A DNA stretch of 42,285 nt from a virus (IMGVR_UViG_2778261056_000004:1-42285); one strand, 5' to 3'; counted from the first letter of the stretch, positions 1-8,954 are shown. Numbers and translations are program-made. Notes: a model not told the origin generated them from the sequence alone.

Positions 1-321
1 CTACATTACAGGCGATTTATCGTCTTTAACTTGGTTAAGTGTATGTGTAAGAACGCCGTGTACCGTTACGTCATTCAGAGCTTCCCCTTCTATCGCTTCA
101 CCATCTTCAGTGATTAACGCCTTTCCTCTGAGCTTAGCAAACTGCGTCCGCCCGCCAATGAGGATCAGGAGAGTCTGTCCCTGCACTAAACGGGTAACTG
201 GCTCGATCAGTGCGAACCCGGATGACGTTTCCAGAATGCGGGTATCGATACCTACGCCGCAGATAAGCTCCGGGGTCATCCTCTGAGACACGTAATCAGC
301 AGCTGGAGATGGAAAGCCCAT
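1..321 (-). CDS. UmuD'-like (P1 HumD-like) S24-fold protein, 106 aa, encoded already in the processed form
   Basis: The protein begins M-GFPSPAADYV, which is the N-terminus of self-cleaved E. coli UmuD' (cleavage C24/G25). The rest aligns loosely to the UmuD beta core but is shorter, and the SGDSM nucleophile motif reads SSGFA. Its start overlaps the stop of the upstream ORF by 1 nt (TGATG). Its stop codon lies at the window edge. Confidence 0.6.
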   Translation of the reverse strand: MGFPSPAADYVSQRMTPELICGVGIDTRILETSSGFALIEPVTRLVQGQTLLILIGGRTQFAKLRGKALITEDGEAIEGEALNDVTVHGVLTHTLNQVKDDKSPVM

Positions 322-560
322 CAGTGAACCCTCCCCATGTTGCGCAGGATCCAGTAGTGATTGTCGGTTCCGTCAGTTGTCTTGTCGGTGAAGTCGGGCT
401 GGTAGCGCTCTATCCATTCGTTGGCGTCGGTCCGGCTGAAATGCCAGTGGACCTTTGCCAGCTCGCGGATAAAGTCTTCTGTGCGTAAGCACCGGTAGCC
501 CTTGGGGTTTAGCTGTATTGCGGCCACAAATGCGGCGTGAATGTCGGAACGGCGGGGCAT
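321..560 (-). CDS. hypothetical 79-aa protein, first gene of the SOS-box operon
   Basis: ATG at 560 follows AAGGAG with an 8-nt spacer. The track ORF starts 9 nt earlier at a GTG. It is translationally coupled to the UmuD'-like gene. I recognise no motif. Confidence 0.5.
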   Translation of the reverse strand: MPRRSDIHAAFVAAIQLNPKGYRCLRTEDFIRELAKVHWHFSRTDANEWIERYQPDFTDKTTDGTDNHYWILRNMGRVH

Positions 561-577
561 GATCTGCACTCCTTTAT

Positions 578-2486
578 GTCGCGGTAGGGATACCCGTTAC
601 CGGATACCCCCCGCACGGATCCCGGCGTGCGCGATTTACGCACCGGGCTCCTGCCTCGGGTGTCTGGCGGTGAACCGCTCCACAGGCCATGGATGAAGAA
701 CCCGAACCCTTGGTAGCCATGCGGCTGCCAGTTTGTTTGCTTTCGTCCAGGTCGTATCATCCTTCTGGCTCCTGCGCCTGAGCGCCCGGCGCCAGAGGTT
801 TGTTACGTGTGTCCTGAACTTCTGCATGGTGGGGAAGTTGCCCGGTACCGAGTGATAGTTCAGGTATCCCTGAACCACTCTCCTGAGCCATTTTCCCTGT
901 TCGGGGATTGAGTAATGCCAGCGCCTTCGCAGACCGTCTTTGATGGCTTTCAGAGTTGCCGTCATCCGATCCCGGCAGGTCTTTCGTATCAGCATGAACC
1001 TGCCGTTGCGATCTTTCCCGCTGATGTGCGTGAACCCGAGGAAGTTGAACGTTTCTGGTTTGCCTTTTCCCCTGATGGCACGGTTTTCGGCAGCGAAGCG
1101 GCCGAACTCCATCAGACGGGTTTTCTCCGGGTGAACCGTGAGTCCGAACTCCCTCAGTCTGCGCTGCATGGCTATACGGAAGCGCCGGGCATCGTATCGT
1201 TTGTCGAACCCGATGACGATGTCATCGGCGTATCTGACCATTACCACATTGCCTGTGGCATAGCGACGTCGCCACTGATGCGCCCACAGATCGAAGACGT
1301 AGTGGAGGTATATGTTTGCCAGCAGCGGTGAGATGACCGCACCCTGTGGGGTGCCTTCCTCCGTTGCTCGCCATTGACCCTCCTCCGACGTCCCGGCTGT
1401 GAGCCACTTACGTATGAGCCTGATTACCCTCCGGTCGCCGATCCGATGCTCTGTGAACCTGATCAGCCATTCGTGGCTCACCCTGTCGAAGAACTGACTG
1501 ATGTCGGCATCCAGTACCCAGTTTACGTTAGTGCGTACCAGCCCTGTGGCCAGTGCGTCCAGTGCATCGTGCTGGCTTCGCCCGGGTCTGAACCCGTATG
1601 AGAACCCCATAAAGTCGTTTTCATAGACTGCGTTCAGGATTTTCACCAGCGCATACTGGACGATCTTGTCCTCCAGCGAGGCGATGCCGAGCGGGCGTTG
1701 TTTTCCATCCGCTTTTGGGATGTAGTGACGCCTGCCGGGCTGCGCCCTGTAGCTGCCCTGATGTAGCCTCCGGTGCAGATCTGTTATGTTGTTCTTCATG
1801 TTTCCGGCGTAGTCCATCCACCTGATGCCATCCACTCCGGCGGCCGCTTTCCTGCTCAGGGAGAGGAATGCGGCTTCCAGTGCTTCGACTGTCAGCAGGT
1901 GGAACAATGCTGTAAACCGTTCTTTCTTCCGCTGCTTCGCAGCTTCCCGCACGCGTGACAGCCTCTGTGACATGCTTTCCCGGCTCTGTGTCCGGCGCAT
2001 GTGTGGCTGTTCCGCGTTCCCCTTGGCCCCGCTCCTTCGCTCCACTGACTCCGCTCCTTTCGGGTTGTTCGCCTGCTTCGCCGCTACTATGAGCGAGTCC
2101 GACTTCTCCTCTCCGTACATCACCGGCTATGACTCCTCGTCTTCCCGGTGCGGGCCATCTCCGACACTGGCAGATGGTCAGAGGGGAGATCTCCCGGTTC
2201 CCGCGTAGAGATCGTATTGACATGCCAGGGTCTCAGACCCCGCCGGGTCCATGTGGCACTCGCAGTATCGCACCCTATGATGTTGCCTTCCGTTAACAGT
2301 ACAACGTCGGCACCCGGTAATTTAATATACATTTCGTGGCTCAATGGCTGGCCTGTCAACACCCCTGTCAACGCTTCGCCCCATACCTCGCGGTATGCAA
2401 CGCATGACTCGGGGACCTTGTGGATTGCTGGTCCTTCAATGGTCGGGGACTTTCACCCCTTGATCTCTACCGGTCTCCCGGCGCAC
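578..2486 (-). mobile_element. complete group II intron, about 1.9 kb
   Basis: The minus strand starts GUGCGCCGGGAGACCGG at 2486. A domain V-like hairpin (GAGCCCGGUGCG...CGCACGCCGGGAUC at 618-650) has the AGC triad and an AC bulge. A domain VI helix has a bulged A 7 nt before a terminal GAC at 578. An intact RT/maturase ORF sits inside. Confidence 0.85.
636..2123 (-). CDS. group II intron-encoded reverse transcriptase/maturase (IEP), no recognisable HNH endonuclease domain
   Basis: RT blocks are present, including GVDG, RPLGIASLEDKIVQ, SYGFRPGRSQHDA, QGAVISPLLANIYL and the YADD catalytic box. The maturase/X region carries FLGF. The C-terminus ends shortly after RVLHPWP and has no Cys/His cluster. 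Confidence 0.9.
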   Translation of the reverse strand: MMYGEEKSDSLIVAAKQANNPKGAESVERRSGAKGNAEQPHMRRTQSRESMSQRLSRVREAAKQRKKERFTALFHLLTVEALEAAFLSLSRKAAAGVDGIRWMDYAGNMKNNITDLHRRLHQGSYRAQPGRRHYIPKADGKQRPLGIASLEDKIVQYALVKILNAVYENDFMGFSYGFRPGRSQHDALDALATGLVRTNVNWVLDADISQFFDRVSHEWLIRFTEHRIGDRRVIRLIRKWLTAGTSEEGQWRATEEGTPQGAVISPLLANIYLHYVFDLWAHQWRRRYATGNVVMVRYADDIVIGFDKRYDARRFRIAMQRRLREFGLTVHPEKTRLMEFGRFAAENRAIRGKGKPETFNFLGFTHISGKDRNGRFMLIRKTCRDRMTATLKAIKDGLRRRWHYSIPEQGKWLRRVVQGYLNYHSVPGNFPTMQKFRTHVTNLWRRALRRRSQKDDTTWTKANKLAAAWLPRVRVLHPWPVERFTARHPRQEPGA

Positions 2487-2505
2487 ACTGTTTTTATATA
2501 CAGTA
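2487..2505 (-). promoter_or_regulatory. LexA (SOS) box overlapping a candidate promoter
   Basis: The minus strand reads TACTGTATATAAAAACAGT, which fits CTG-N10-CAG with an AT-rich core. TTGATC lies 17 nt upstream of the TACTGT hexamer. The site is directly upstream of the operon at 1-560 once the intron is removed. Confidence 0.7.
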
Positions 2506-2562
2506 GTTTTAAAGGCGGTGCAGATCAATGAGGTGACGCCTATCAATTCGCGCCGCTGGAGG

Positions 2563-4926
2563 TTATTTGAATTTACGTATCAGCAACTGAGTGATCCGCA
2601 CTGTTCTGGCAATGTTCCTCGTTGCGTAAACTCCGCCGATAATCCCACCGCCGCAGAACTTACCCTGCGTCCAGTCCCCCGTATAGTTCAGTACGGGGGT
2701 GTCTATGGTCTCCCACCCATCGTAGACCTTAACGGTCTGAGTCGTAGGCGAGGTTTTTTCGCAGCGGATGAGGAACTTTCTTGCCCTATCGGTGGGACTG
2801 TAAACATCGTCTATCCCGGTCTGGATCTGAGGATAGGGAGCGGAACCCTGGTATGGATAACGAAGCTGGAGCAGGTTGAATGTTTTCGACGTGGCATACA
2901 AAAGCAGGCAATTATCCTCCTGATAATTATCTGCAGCTCCAGAGTTTCGGTTGAGGGACTTCCCGCCAAAGAAAAGAAAACCCGTATCCGTGTCGAAGAA
3001 GCCCTCAACCAGAATTTCAACTTTGTCACCTACCTGTCCGATATCAGCACAGTTTGTGCCGTCAAACATCTCAGGATTCATGAACGCCACGCGGTTATTT
3101 GTGGCATCCGCTTCGAAACGGAAATCGAGAGGCCCGGTTTTCTCCAGCGCATTCACCTGAATATAATTTGGCGCGCCGTAGTTGTTCACGTAACCAAAGG
3201 TGTCCCTGGCTTTCCAGAATGGATTGAACTCAAACCAGCCTCCCCAGAATGCTCCAACTCCGCTCGTTGCTGGCGCGATCACCTGGATACGGTTAAGCCC
3301 GTATTTCAACTTGGTAAGGTAGAACGGACGGTCTGTCGCGTTGATGGCTGCTTCGTTCTCACCAGTGTCCGGAAGCTCTTTATCGTAATAGGCGGAAGAG
3401 TTACCAAGTGAAAAGACCTTCACGCGCGGCAGCTGGTCGGCTGCATATGCAGATCCAATATTGCTGTTGCCAAAATTGCGGTATATCAGGGAATCCTGAT
3501 TACCCTCGCTCCACACGAAGAAGTCAAAGATAACCTCGCTCGCCACATAGTCTGCGGCCTGGATGTACCAGATCCGCGGGAACCGCGAGTATTTATATCC
3601 CTCTGACCCCGTATCAGGAACCCAGCTGGAATTGTAGTCCTTCGAATATCGCATCCGGCTGTCCATCCAGCAGATACGCTCAATATCCGTACCGTAGCAG
3701 CGAAGAATGTCAGGCATAAACGACTGAGCGATAAAGGACGCTTTCATCGCATGACCAACGTCCCCCCAGTGCAGACCGTCAGGCTGGAGTTCATACTGGT
3801 TGGAGTAATCGCTGTTTTTGGACATCCATGTTTTTTGCATGAAGTCCTGATCGATAATGGACACCCCCAGCACCTCCGCCATGTATTTTTTCGCGGCATC
3901 GATCTGGGCTGCCGCTTCTTCATTGTCACGCCCGGAAGTACCTGAGTTCCAGCCGTTGTAGGAGCGCCAGTTTGCATCGCAGGTCGTGAGTACGGGTGTG
4001 GCGCCGGCTGCGATAACCTTCTTCATGACCTCGATTGTTTGCGCGATATGCTCGGTGATTTTATTTCCTGCATCTGTAATATCATTCAGCCCGAAGCTGA
4101 TGAGCACGATATCCGGGTTAGAAGGAATGTAGGGGTTTTGCAGGACGATTTTATCAAAGTAATAATTTACCCAGCCGTTCTGCATTTGCTGGCCGGAATA
4201 CCCGGCGTTATAAACGCTGATGTTGTTGTTGCGATGGTATTGCCGAAGAATTGTTTGCAGTCTGGCACACCATGCATTGGGCGCTTCTGCGTTATGGTCA
4301 CTGTTGGCCAGAGGTGCAGTGGCCCACGGGAAGCCAGTTACAGGCGTGGTGGGGTTTGCCGTCCACCCCGTGGAGCCAGTACCATCCCCGGTCGAATCGG
4401 CAATACTGGTAATAATAACCGTCTCTCCGGCATGCATTTTTGCGGCCCAGTAATCCAGGGTTTTAATATGTCCCTGAAATAATGGTGCCGCGGCGCTGAG
4501 AATTAACTGCCGAAGAGAGGCATCTCCTACGGAAACAAAATGGGAAGAGTCAGTTGCATCCCACGAGGATTTTGTTGTCCCGGCTGTTTTATAAGGTGGT
4601 TTGGTACCAGCAGATAACTTATAGAATTCACCGTCATAACGAATCAGTTCGTTGTATTCAGAAACAGTAATAAGACCGTCTTCATAATCTCCAATTACGT
4701 CATAGCCCGCATTTTCAATAAAGGTGCGAAATCGCGTCTCCTGATCAGCAATCTGATTATTGAAGTCATATTCCATTCCACTCCACGATTTACGTATCCG
4801 ACCCAGCCTGTCGGTCCATGTTTTGTTGGTAATTCCATTTACCGCCTGGTCCAGGTTCTGAGCGTTATCACGTAAATCGCGTGGGTCAGTTGAATCCAGC
4901 GGGTTAAGAGTGTTGTATGGTGCCAT
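2563..4926 (-). CDS. tail fiber/tailspike with central SGNH (GDSL-type) esterase domain, 787 aa
   Basis: ATG at 4926 follows GGAG. The N-terminus MAPYNTLNPLDSTDPRDLRDNAQNLDQAVNG resembles a conserved tail-fiber anchor. SGNH blocks are present: IADSTGDG (I), YNAGYSGQQ (II), FGLNDI (III) and DGLHW (V). Confidence 0.75.
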   Translation of the reverse strand: MAPYNTLNPLDSTDPRDLRDNAQNLDQAVNGITNKTWTDRLGRIRKSWSGMEYDFNNQIADQETRFRTFIENAGYDVIGDYEDGLITVSEYNELIRYDGEFYKLSAGTKPPYKTAGTTKSSWDATDSSHFVSVGDASLRQLILSAAAPLFQGHIKTLDYWAAKMHAGETVIITSIADSTGDGTGSTGWTANPTTPVTGFPWATAPLANSDHNAEAPNAWCARLQTILRQYHRNNNISVYNAGYSGQQMQNGWVNYYFDKIVLQNPYIPSNPDIVLISFGLNDITDAGNKITEHIAQTIEVMKKVIAAGATPVLTTCDANWRSYNGWNSGTSGRDNEEAAAQIDAAKKYMAEVLGVSIIDQDFMQKTWMSKNSDYSNQYELQPDGLHWGDVGHAMKASFIAQSFMPDILRCYGTDIERICWMDSRMRYSKDYNSSWVPDTGSEGYKYSRFPRIWYIQAADYVASEVIFDFFVWSEGNQDSLIYRNFGNSNIGSAYAADQLPRVKVFSLGNSSAYYDKELPDTGENEAAINATDRPFYLTKLKYGLNRIQVIAPATSGVGAFWGGWFEFNPFWKARDTFGYVNNYGAPNYIQVNALEKTGPLDFRFEADATNNRVAFMNPEMFDGTNCADIGQVGDKVEILVEGFFDTDTGFLFFGGKSLNRNSGAADNYQEDNCLLLYATSKTFNLLQLRYPYQGSAPYPQIQTGIDDVYSPTDRARKFLIRCEKTSPTTQTVKVYDGWETIDTPVLNYTGDWTQGKFCGGGIIGGVYATRNIARTVRITQLLIRKFK

Positions 4927-4942
4927 TGTATTTCTCCAGCAT

Positions 4943-4965
4943 AAAAAAACCCGCCGGAGCGGGTT
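4943..4965 (-). terminator. intrinsic terminator between the J-like gene and the tail fiber gene
   Basis: The minus strand reads AACCCGC-UCCG-GCGGG followed by U7. Confidence 0.7.
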
Positions 4966-4983
4966 ATGCAATTAAGTGTGTTT

Positions 4984-7900
4984 TCAGGAGACATCGCCGG
5001 GATAGCTGGCGTCATCGTACTTATATTTATCGGAATGGTACTGAATGGCTGAAATACTGCTGGTCCCATCACCTCCGGGAGAAATCTCGCTAACCAGCGC
5101 GTCATAGCCAATACGGGATGACGAACAGAACAGCAACCGTGGCGGTTCAATGCAGGGGTTGTCCATCTCCCATTGATCCGGGGCCAGCGCCGCGCTGTAA
5201 GGGATGCTCAGGGTGTAATCATCAATACGGGTTGGAACCTGTAGCGCCGAAGCTCTGCCGTCCTGGTACCGGATCACAACGCGTGGATTTGGAAAGGTCC
5301 AGTCTGGCGACTCACTGAGCACCAGGGTGATTGCATTACTGTTCCATGTCATGTCGGTGATGAGGCAACTCAACGTCTGGCTGCCCGGGATGTCATCGGT
5401 CAGGATGATGCGATCCATAAACTGGTAGCAGAGTGCGTCCAGCTCTGTGCTGGTCGTGTGCTGCAGACGCTGCAGACCGTAACCCAGCAGTCGGCGCATG
5501 CCGATCCGGTATGCCCGATTCTTATCCACCACTCCCTCAAGCTTGTAATCCTCCACCTTTACTGGTGTAGGGTTCCCGGACAACCGGCACTGCACCGTTT
5601 CTTCCGCCCACGTCGTTCCGTTGATATAGGTGACATCGACCCCGTCGAAATCATCCTGACTCGGTGCCTTAAACGCAGTCTGCAGTTCTTCGGTTGTCTC
5701 CTGCGGCGTGATCATCCCTGTCCAGTTCTTTACGCCTTCGCGACCGGCGGAGACCAGACCATCTGACAGCAGAAAATAACCCATGCCTGCCCCGGTGATG
5801 ATCTTCAGCACCTCCAGTGCTGATTTACTGTCGCCGGTTGCCCAGTCGAATGTCTCGCCCCGTGGTGTCCAGTAGTTCTGCTCCAGCGCATCAATCGCGG
5901 CGCGGTCAATCTGTTCTGGCCGAAAGCCGAGGGATTCCAGGACGAGGTAAAGCGCCCCGCTGATGCTGCGTGAAACGTGGCCGTTATAAAGCCGTGTGGG
6001 CGTAACGTTAATGCGGCGATCGGACTGCGCAGCCAGTCGGTTGCCGGTTCGCACGGTCAGCGCCATAGTTGTTACGCCATTATATCGCCGCGGGCGAGCA
6101 GGTAACCGGGAGCGGAGTGCCTGCCAGAATACCTGGTCTCGAGTGCTGCCACCTGCCACTGGCTCTTTTCTCCTCATTCTGACCTCATACTGACCAGCCG
6201 GAACGGAGAAAGCCCGGGTAAACCCTATCTGATTTTCTGTTTTTCTTTTCCAGCTCAGCACCTGTTCAGTCCATTCCCCCGCTGTCGCTGCATTTCGATA
6301 CTGGATAATGATCTCAACCGTCTGATTCTTTTTGTTCCCTTTATTGCTGTACTTAACCAGGCCGTTCTGAAAATTAAGGTTCACTTCAAACCGGGTTGTG
6401 GTTTCACCATCCGGGCACACCAGAAACGGGCCCACCCAGTCGAAATCATCGTTAACACCGGTAATACTTGCATCCAGCAGGGTGCGATCAGTAAATCCTG
6501 GCCATCCACTGTCAACCGTCACCACATCCACTGTTGCAGGCGGATTGCCTTGCTGCGCCTGGGTGATCAATACGCGTTCAATCGTAATGGTCTGACTGTC
6601 AATGTCAGTGATGCGGTATTTATTGTCGGCGTAGCCAATCGAGATGCGCTGCGTGCCTGCCGGGATACCTGTAAACGGTTTGCCGGTGGCGCTGTTATAT
6701 GCCAGCGTAATATGGGCACGCACCTCCGGAGTGCCGCCGGATGACTTAACACCCGGCGTGCTGACGGGTGCATCACCAAATACCGATTGCGGCAGTGTGC
6801 TGTGGGTGATCGCCCCACCTGAAAAGGGGCTGTTTGATTCGGCGATCTCAATACGCCCTGCGTTATCGCGTGCGATTAAGCCGGAACCCGTTAACTGGGA
6901 GCTGATGGTTGAAATCAGTCCGCTCATGGTAACGTAACTGGTCAGCAACGAAACGGGCCATGATGTGCCCTGCCACGTAACAGTGAACGTCACTGGCGAG
7001 GCGGTGAAATCATAGGTTGAAGGCGCGGCGCTGGCGATGACGCTTGCAGCCGACCCGCCAACGCCCGGAACTGCGGGAACCCAGGGAGTATAACTGGCAA
7101 TGAAGAGTTCATAATCTGAGTTGTTAAAACCCAGATTTACAGGCATGCCCACCACCGGCGAAAGTTCGTCCATCTCCCCATAAATGACGCTGTATCCGCC
7201 AGAATTAGACACGGTCCATGACGCAGGAGCCTCGATGGTGATGATGGTGCCCGCAACCCATGATGCCGGCACGTCTGCATCTTCATCGCTGCTGCCTGTT
7301 GATATGAGGGTAACTGTATTGCCGCTGACCAGCACCGCGTCGGCGCTGACGCTGACGGTTTGCGGGCCGCTTGAACCGAGATCCAGACCCGCGGTGCCCG
7401 AGTTCGTGTTTCCCACTTCGCCTGAGTTGTACCAGTTCTCTGTTCTGCTGTCGGAAGAAACGTCCGCGCCAGGAGGGTAGATGGTGTAACTGACATCATC
7501 ACCGAATGCAGAAATTGGCGTGTTGCCTATTCTGATATCGGATTTAGGCAAAGAAACATTTCCAACGCCAACAGCGACGAACATGCTGGTAACGAAGCTG
7601 GTCTCGCCAACGAAGCGGCTGACCGGCTGCATGACATAGTCAGGCCAGACACGGTAGCGGCCAAAGATTTCCCGTACCGGGTCGCCAAGCTTCGCCATGT
7701 TGGCTTTGGCCGGGTTGAGATCGAGCTGGTCACCGCTGCCTGGCTGGCTGGCGGCCCCCGTCTGCATCGTGCTCATCATGTAAAGGGAGTACGCCGCTGA
7801 CGCGACGGCCACGCTGACGGCAACCCACAGCGCAATTTCCGCTCCGGTACCATATGGTACCGGATACATACGCACATCACTGTCAGGCCGAATGGTGCAC

Positions 7901-8079
7901 AGTGACCAATCGGCTGGCGGAACCGGAACACCGGCAATTTCCACCGCGATTGGGTGCTGTTGTTCTGGCGTCCATCCCTCAACGTTCTGTGCAAACCAGG
8001 CGATGAGGGTCATCGTTTCGTGTTCGTGCTTTTCCAGCGGTTCGCCGGGTAACCGGGAGGGGTAGATGCGGATCGTCAC
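4984..8079 (-). CDS. tail tip / host-specificity protein (J-like) with gpI-like N-terminal domain, 1031 aa
   Basis: Large ORF located after the NlpC/P60 gene. The N-terminal ~110 aa end in a hydrophobic helix (AEIALWVAVSVAVASAAYSLYMM), as in lambda tail assembly protein I. Size and position match a central tail fiber protein. Confidence 0.65.
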   Translation of the reverse strand: MTIRIYPSRLPGEPLEKHEHETMTLIAWFAQNVEGWTPEQQHPIAVEIAGVPVPPADWSLCTIRPDSDVRMYPVPYGTGAEIALWVAVSVAVASAAYSLYMMSTMQTGAASQPGSGDQLDLNPAKANMAKLGDPVREIFGRYRVWPDYVMQPVSRFVGETSFVTSMFVAVGVGNVSLPKSDIRIGNTPISAFGDDVSYTIYPPGADVSSDSRTENWYNSGEVGNTNSGTAGLDLGSSGPQTVSVSADAVLVSGNTVTLISTGSSDEDADVPASWVAGTIITIEAPASWTVSNSGGYSVIYGEMDELSPVVGMPVNLGFNNSDYELFIASYTPWVPAVPGVGGSAASVIASAAPSTYDFTASPVTFTVTWQGTSWPVSLLTSYVTMSGLISTISSQLTGSGLIARDNAGRIEIAESNSPFSGGAITHSTLPQSVFGDAPVSTPGVKSSGGTPEVRAHITLAYNSATGKPFTGIPAGTQRISIGYADNKYRITDIDSQTITIERVLITQAQQGNPPATVDVVTVDSGWPGFTDRTLLDASITGVNDDFDWVGPFLVCPDGETTTRFEVNLNFQNGLVKYSNKGNKKNQTVEIIIQYRNAATAGEWTEQVLSWKRKTENQIGFTRAFSVPAGQYEVRMRRKEPVAGGSTRDQVFWQALRSRLPARPRRYNGVTTMALTVRTGNRLAAQSDRRINVTPTRLYNGHVSRSISGALYLVLESLGFRPEQIDRAAIDALEQNYWTPRGETFDWATGDSKSALEVLKIITGAGMGYFLLSDGLVSAGREGVKNWTGMITPQETTEELQTAFKAPSQDDFDGVDVTYINGTTWAEETVQCRLSGNPTPVKVEDYKLEGVVDKNRAYRIGMRRLLGYGLQRLQHTTSTELDALCYQFMDRIILTDDIPGSQTLSCLITDMTWNSNAITLVLSESPDWTFPNPRVVIRYQDGRASALQVPTRIDDYTLSIPYSAALAPDQWEMDNPCIEPPRLLFCSSSRIGYDALVSEISPGGDGTSSISAIQYHSDKYKYDDASYPGDVS

Positions 8080-8456
8080 TGGTAATACTCCACGCGGACA
8101 AAGCGGCGCGCAAATCGCGCCAGCGGCAGGAAGGTCACATTAGTGCGCGGATTGCACTCAGCTGCATGCAGCGCGCCGTCAATCTCCACAACGATCGCGA
8201 CATGCGTCACCACAGATCCTGAATAGCAGGCAATGCCCGCGCCCGGCACAGGCTCGCAACGCTGCAGGGCGGTCATCAGCCCGCGCGCCTCCCGGTCAAG
8301 GCCGTTATCGTCCCTGGTGACCCCGGCGAATTCAGGCCACGGAGCCAGGGCCAGATCGCGCCGGATTTCGTTAACGATGCCAAAGCAGTCGAGGGCGGGG
8401 AAAACGCGGCCGCCCTTCCGCCACTCGACAGAACGGTATTTATCGGGATTGAACAT
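8076..8456 (-). CDS. NlpC/P60-family tail protein (lambda K C-terminal analogue)
   Basis: Carries a DCFG cysteine motif and a downstream His (VVTHVAIV). Lies between the DUF1833-like protein and the tip protein, with a 4-nt overlap to the downstream gene. Confidence 0.65.
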   Translation of the reverse strand: MFNPDKYRSVEWRKGGRVFPALDCFGIVNEIRRDLALAPWPEFAGVTRDDNGLDREARGLMTALQRCEPVPGAGIACYSGSVVTHVAIVVEIDGALHAAECNPRTNVTFLPLARFARRFVRVEYYQ

Positions 8457-8465
8457 GATGATTTC

Positions 8466-8954
8466 CTACTGCAGGTAACGTAATCCGGGGAACAGTGGCA
8501 ACGTATAGCGAAATCTCGGCCACGAGGTATCGAGGATATTCATATAGCCAGCAGTGATCTGCACTTCTGTGGCCGTCCAGTAACCTTCCTTTATCGTCAG
8601 GGTGAATGGCGGGGCTGCAGGTGCAGACAGGTCAGAAGAAACATACCGGCGGAACGTCAGGGAAGCACTGGAAAGGTTATCAAGAGCGTTGCGGATTGCA
8701 GTCGAAACCACGCCGTCGATATTGCTGATGGCAAATTTAAGATCCTGCGTACCATCTGAGTTGCGCGCCGGCAGCGACACGTCGATTGCAGAGCCGGTAA
8801 AAGTAGCCTGCGCACCGCTCTCAAGGGTAACGGTGATATCTTCCCAGCCGCGGGTTAGCCAGTAACTCTGGCCACCAACGGTAATCTGAAGCGTGTCCAG
8901 GATTACCTCATCGCCGCCGGATGCGTACAGCCGGTTGAGAACTGCACTGGTCAT
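8466..8954 (-). CDS. minor tail protein, DUF1833-like
   Basis: Pattern and size (162 aa) fit, and the gene sits after the tape measure. The ATG at 8954 forms an ATGA overlap with the upstream stop. The track start at 8966 is a GTG. Confidence 0.55.
   Translation of the reverse strand: MTSAVLNRLYASGGDEVILDTLQITVGGQSYWLTRGWEDITVTLESGAQATFTGSAIDVSLPARNSDGTQDLKFAISNIDGVVSTAIRNALDNLSSASLTFRRYVSSDLSAPAAPPFTLTIKEGYWTATEVQITAGYMNILDTSWPRFRYTLPLFPGLRYLQ

Noticed and set aside
636-2123. Reverse transcriptase as a retron, DRT or Abi-type defence RT
   Set aside because: The ORF is embedded in RNA with a GUGCG 5' end, a domain V hairpin with an AGC triad and AC bulge, and a domain VI with a bulged A. 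The protein also has a maturase/X region. This is a mobile group II intron, not a defence RT.
1621-2223. 200-aa minus-strand ORF, plus several 60-140-aa ORFs on both strands, overlapping the IEP gene and the intron 5' region
   Set aside because: These are alternative frames of the RT gene or of structured intron RNA. They are Arg/Gly/Pro-rich and have no RBS.
2518-3411. 297-aa plus-strand ORF
   Set aside because: It is antisense to the well-supported tail fiber gene, has no RBS, and has the composition of a shadow ORF.
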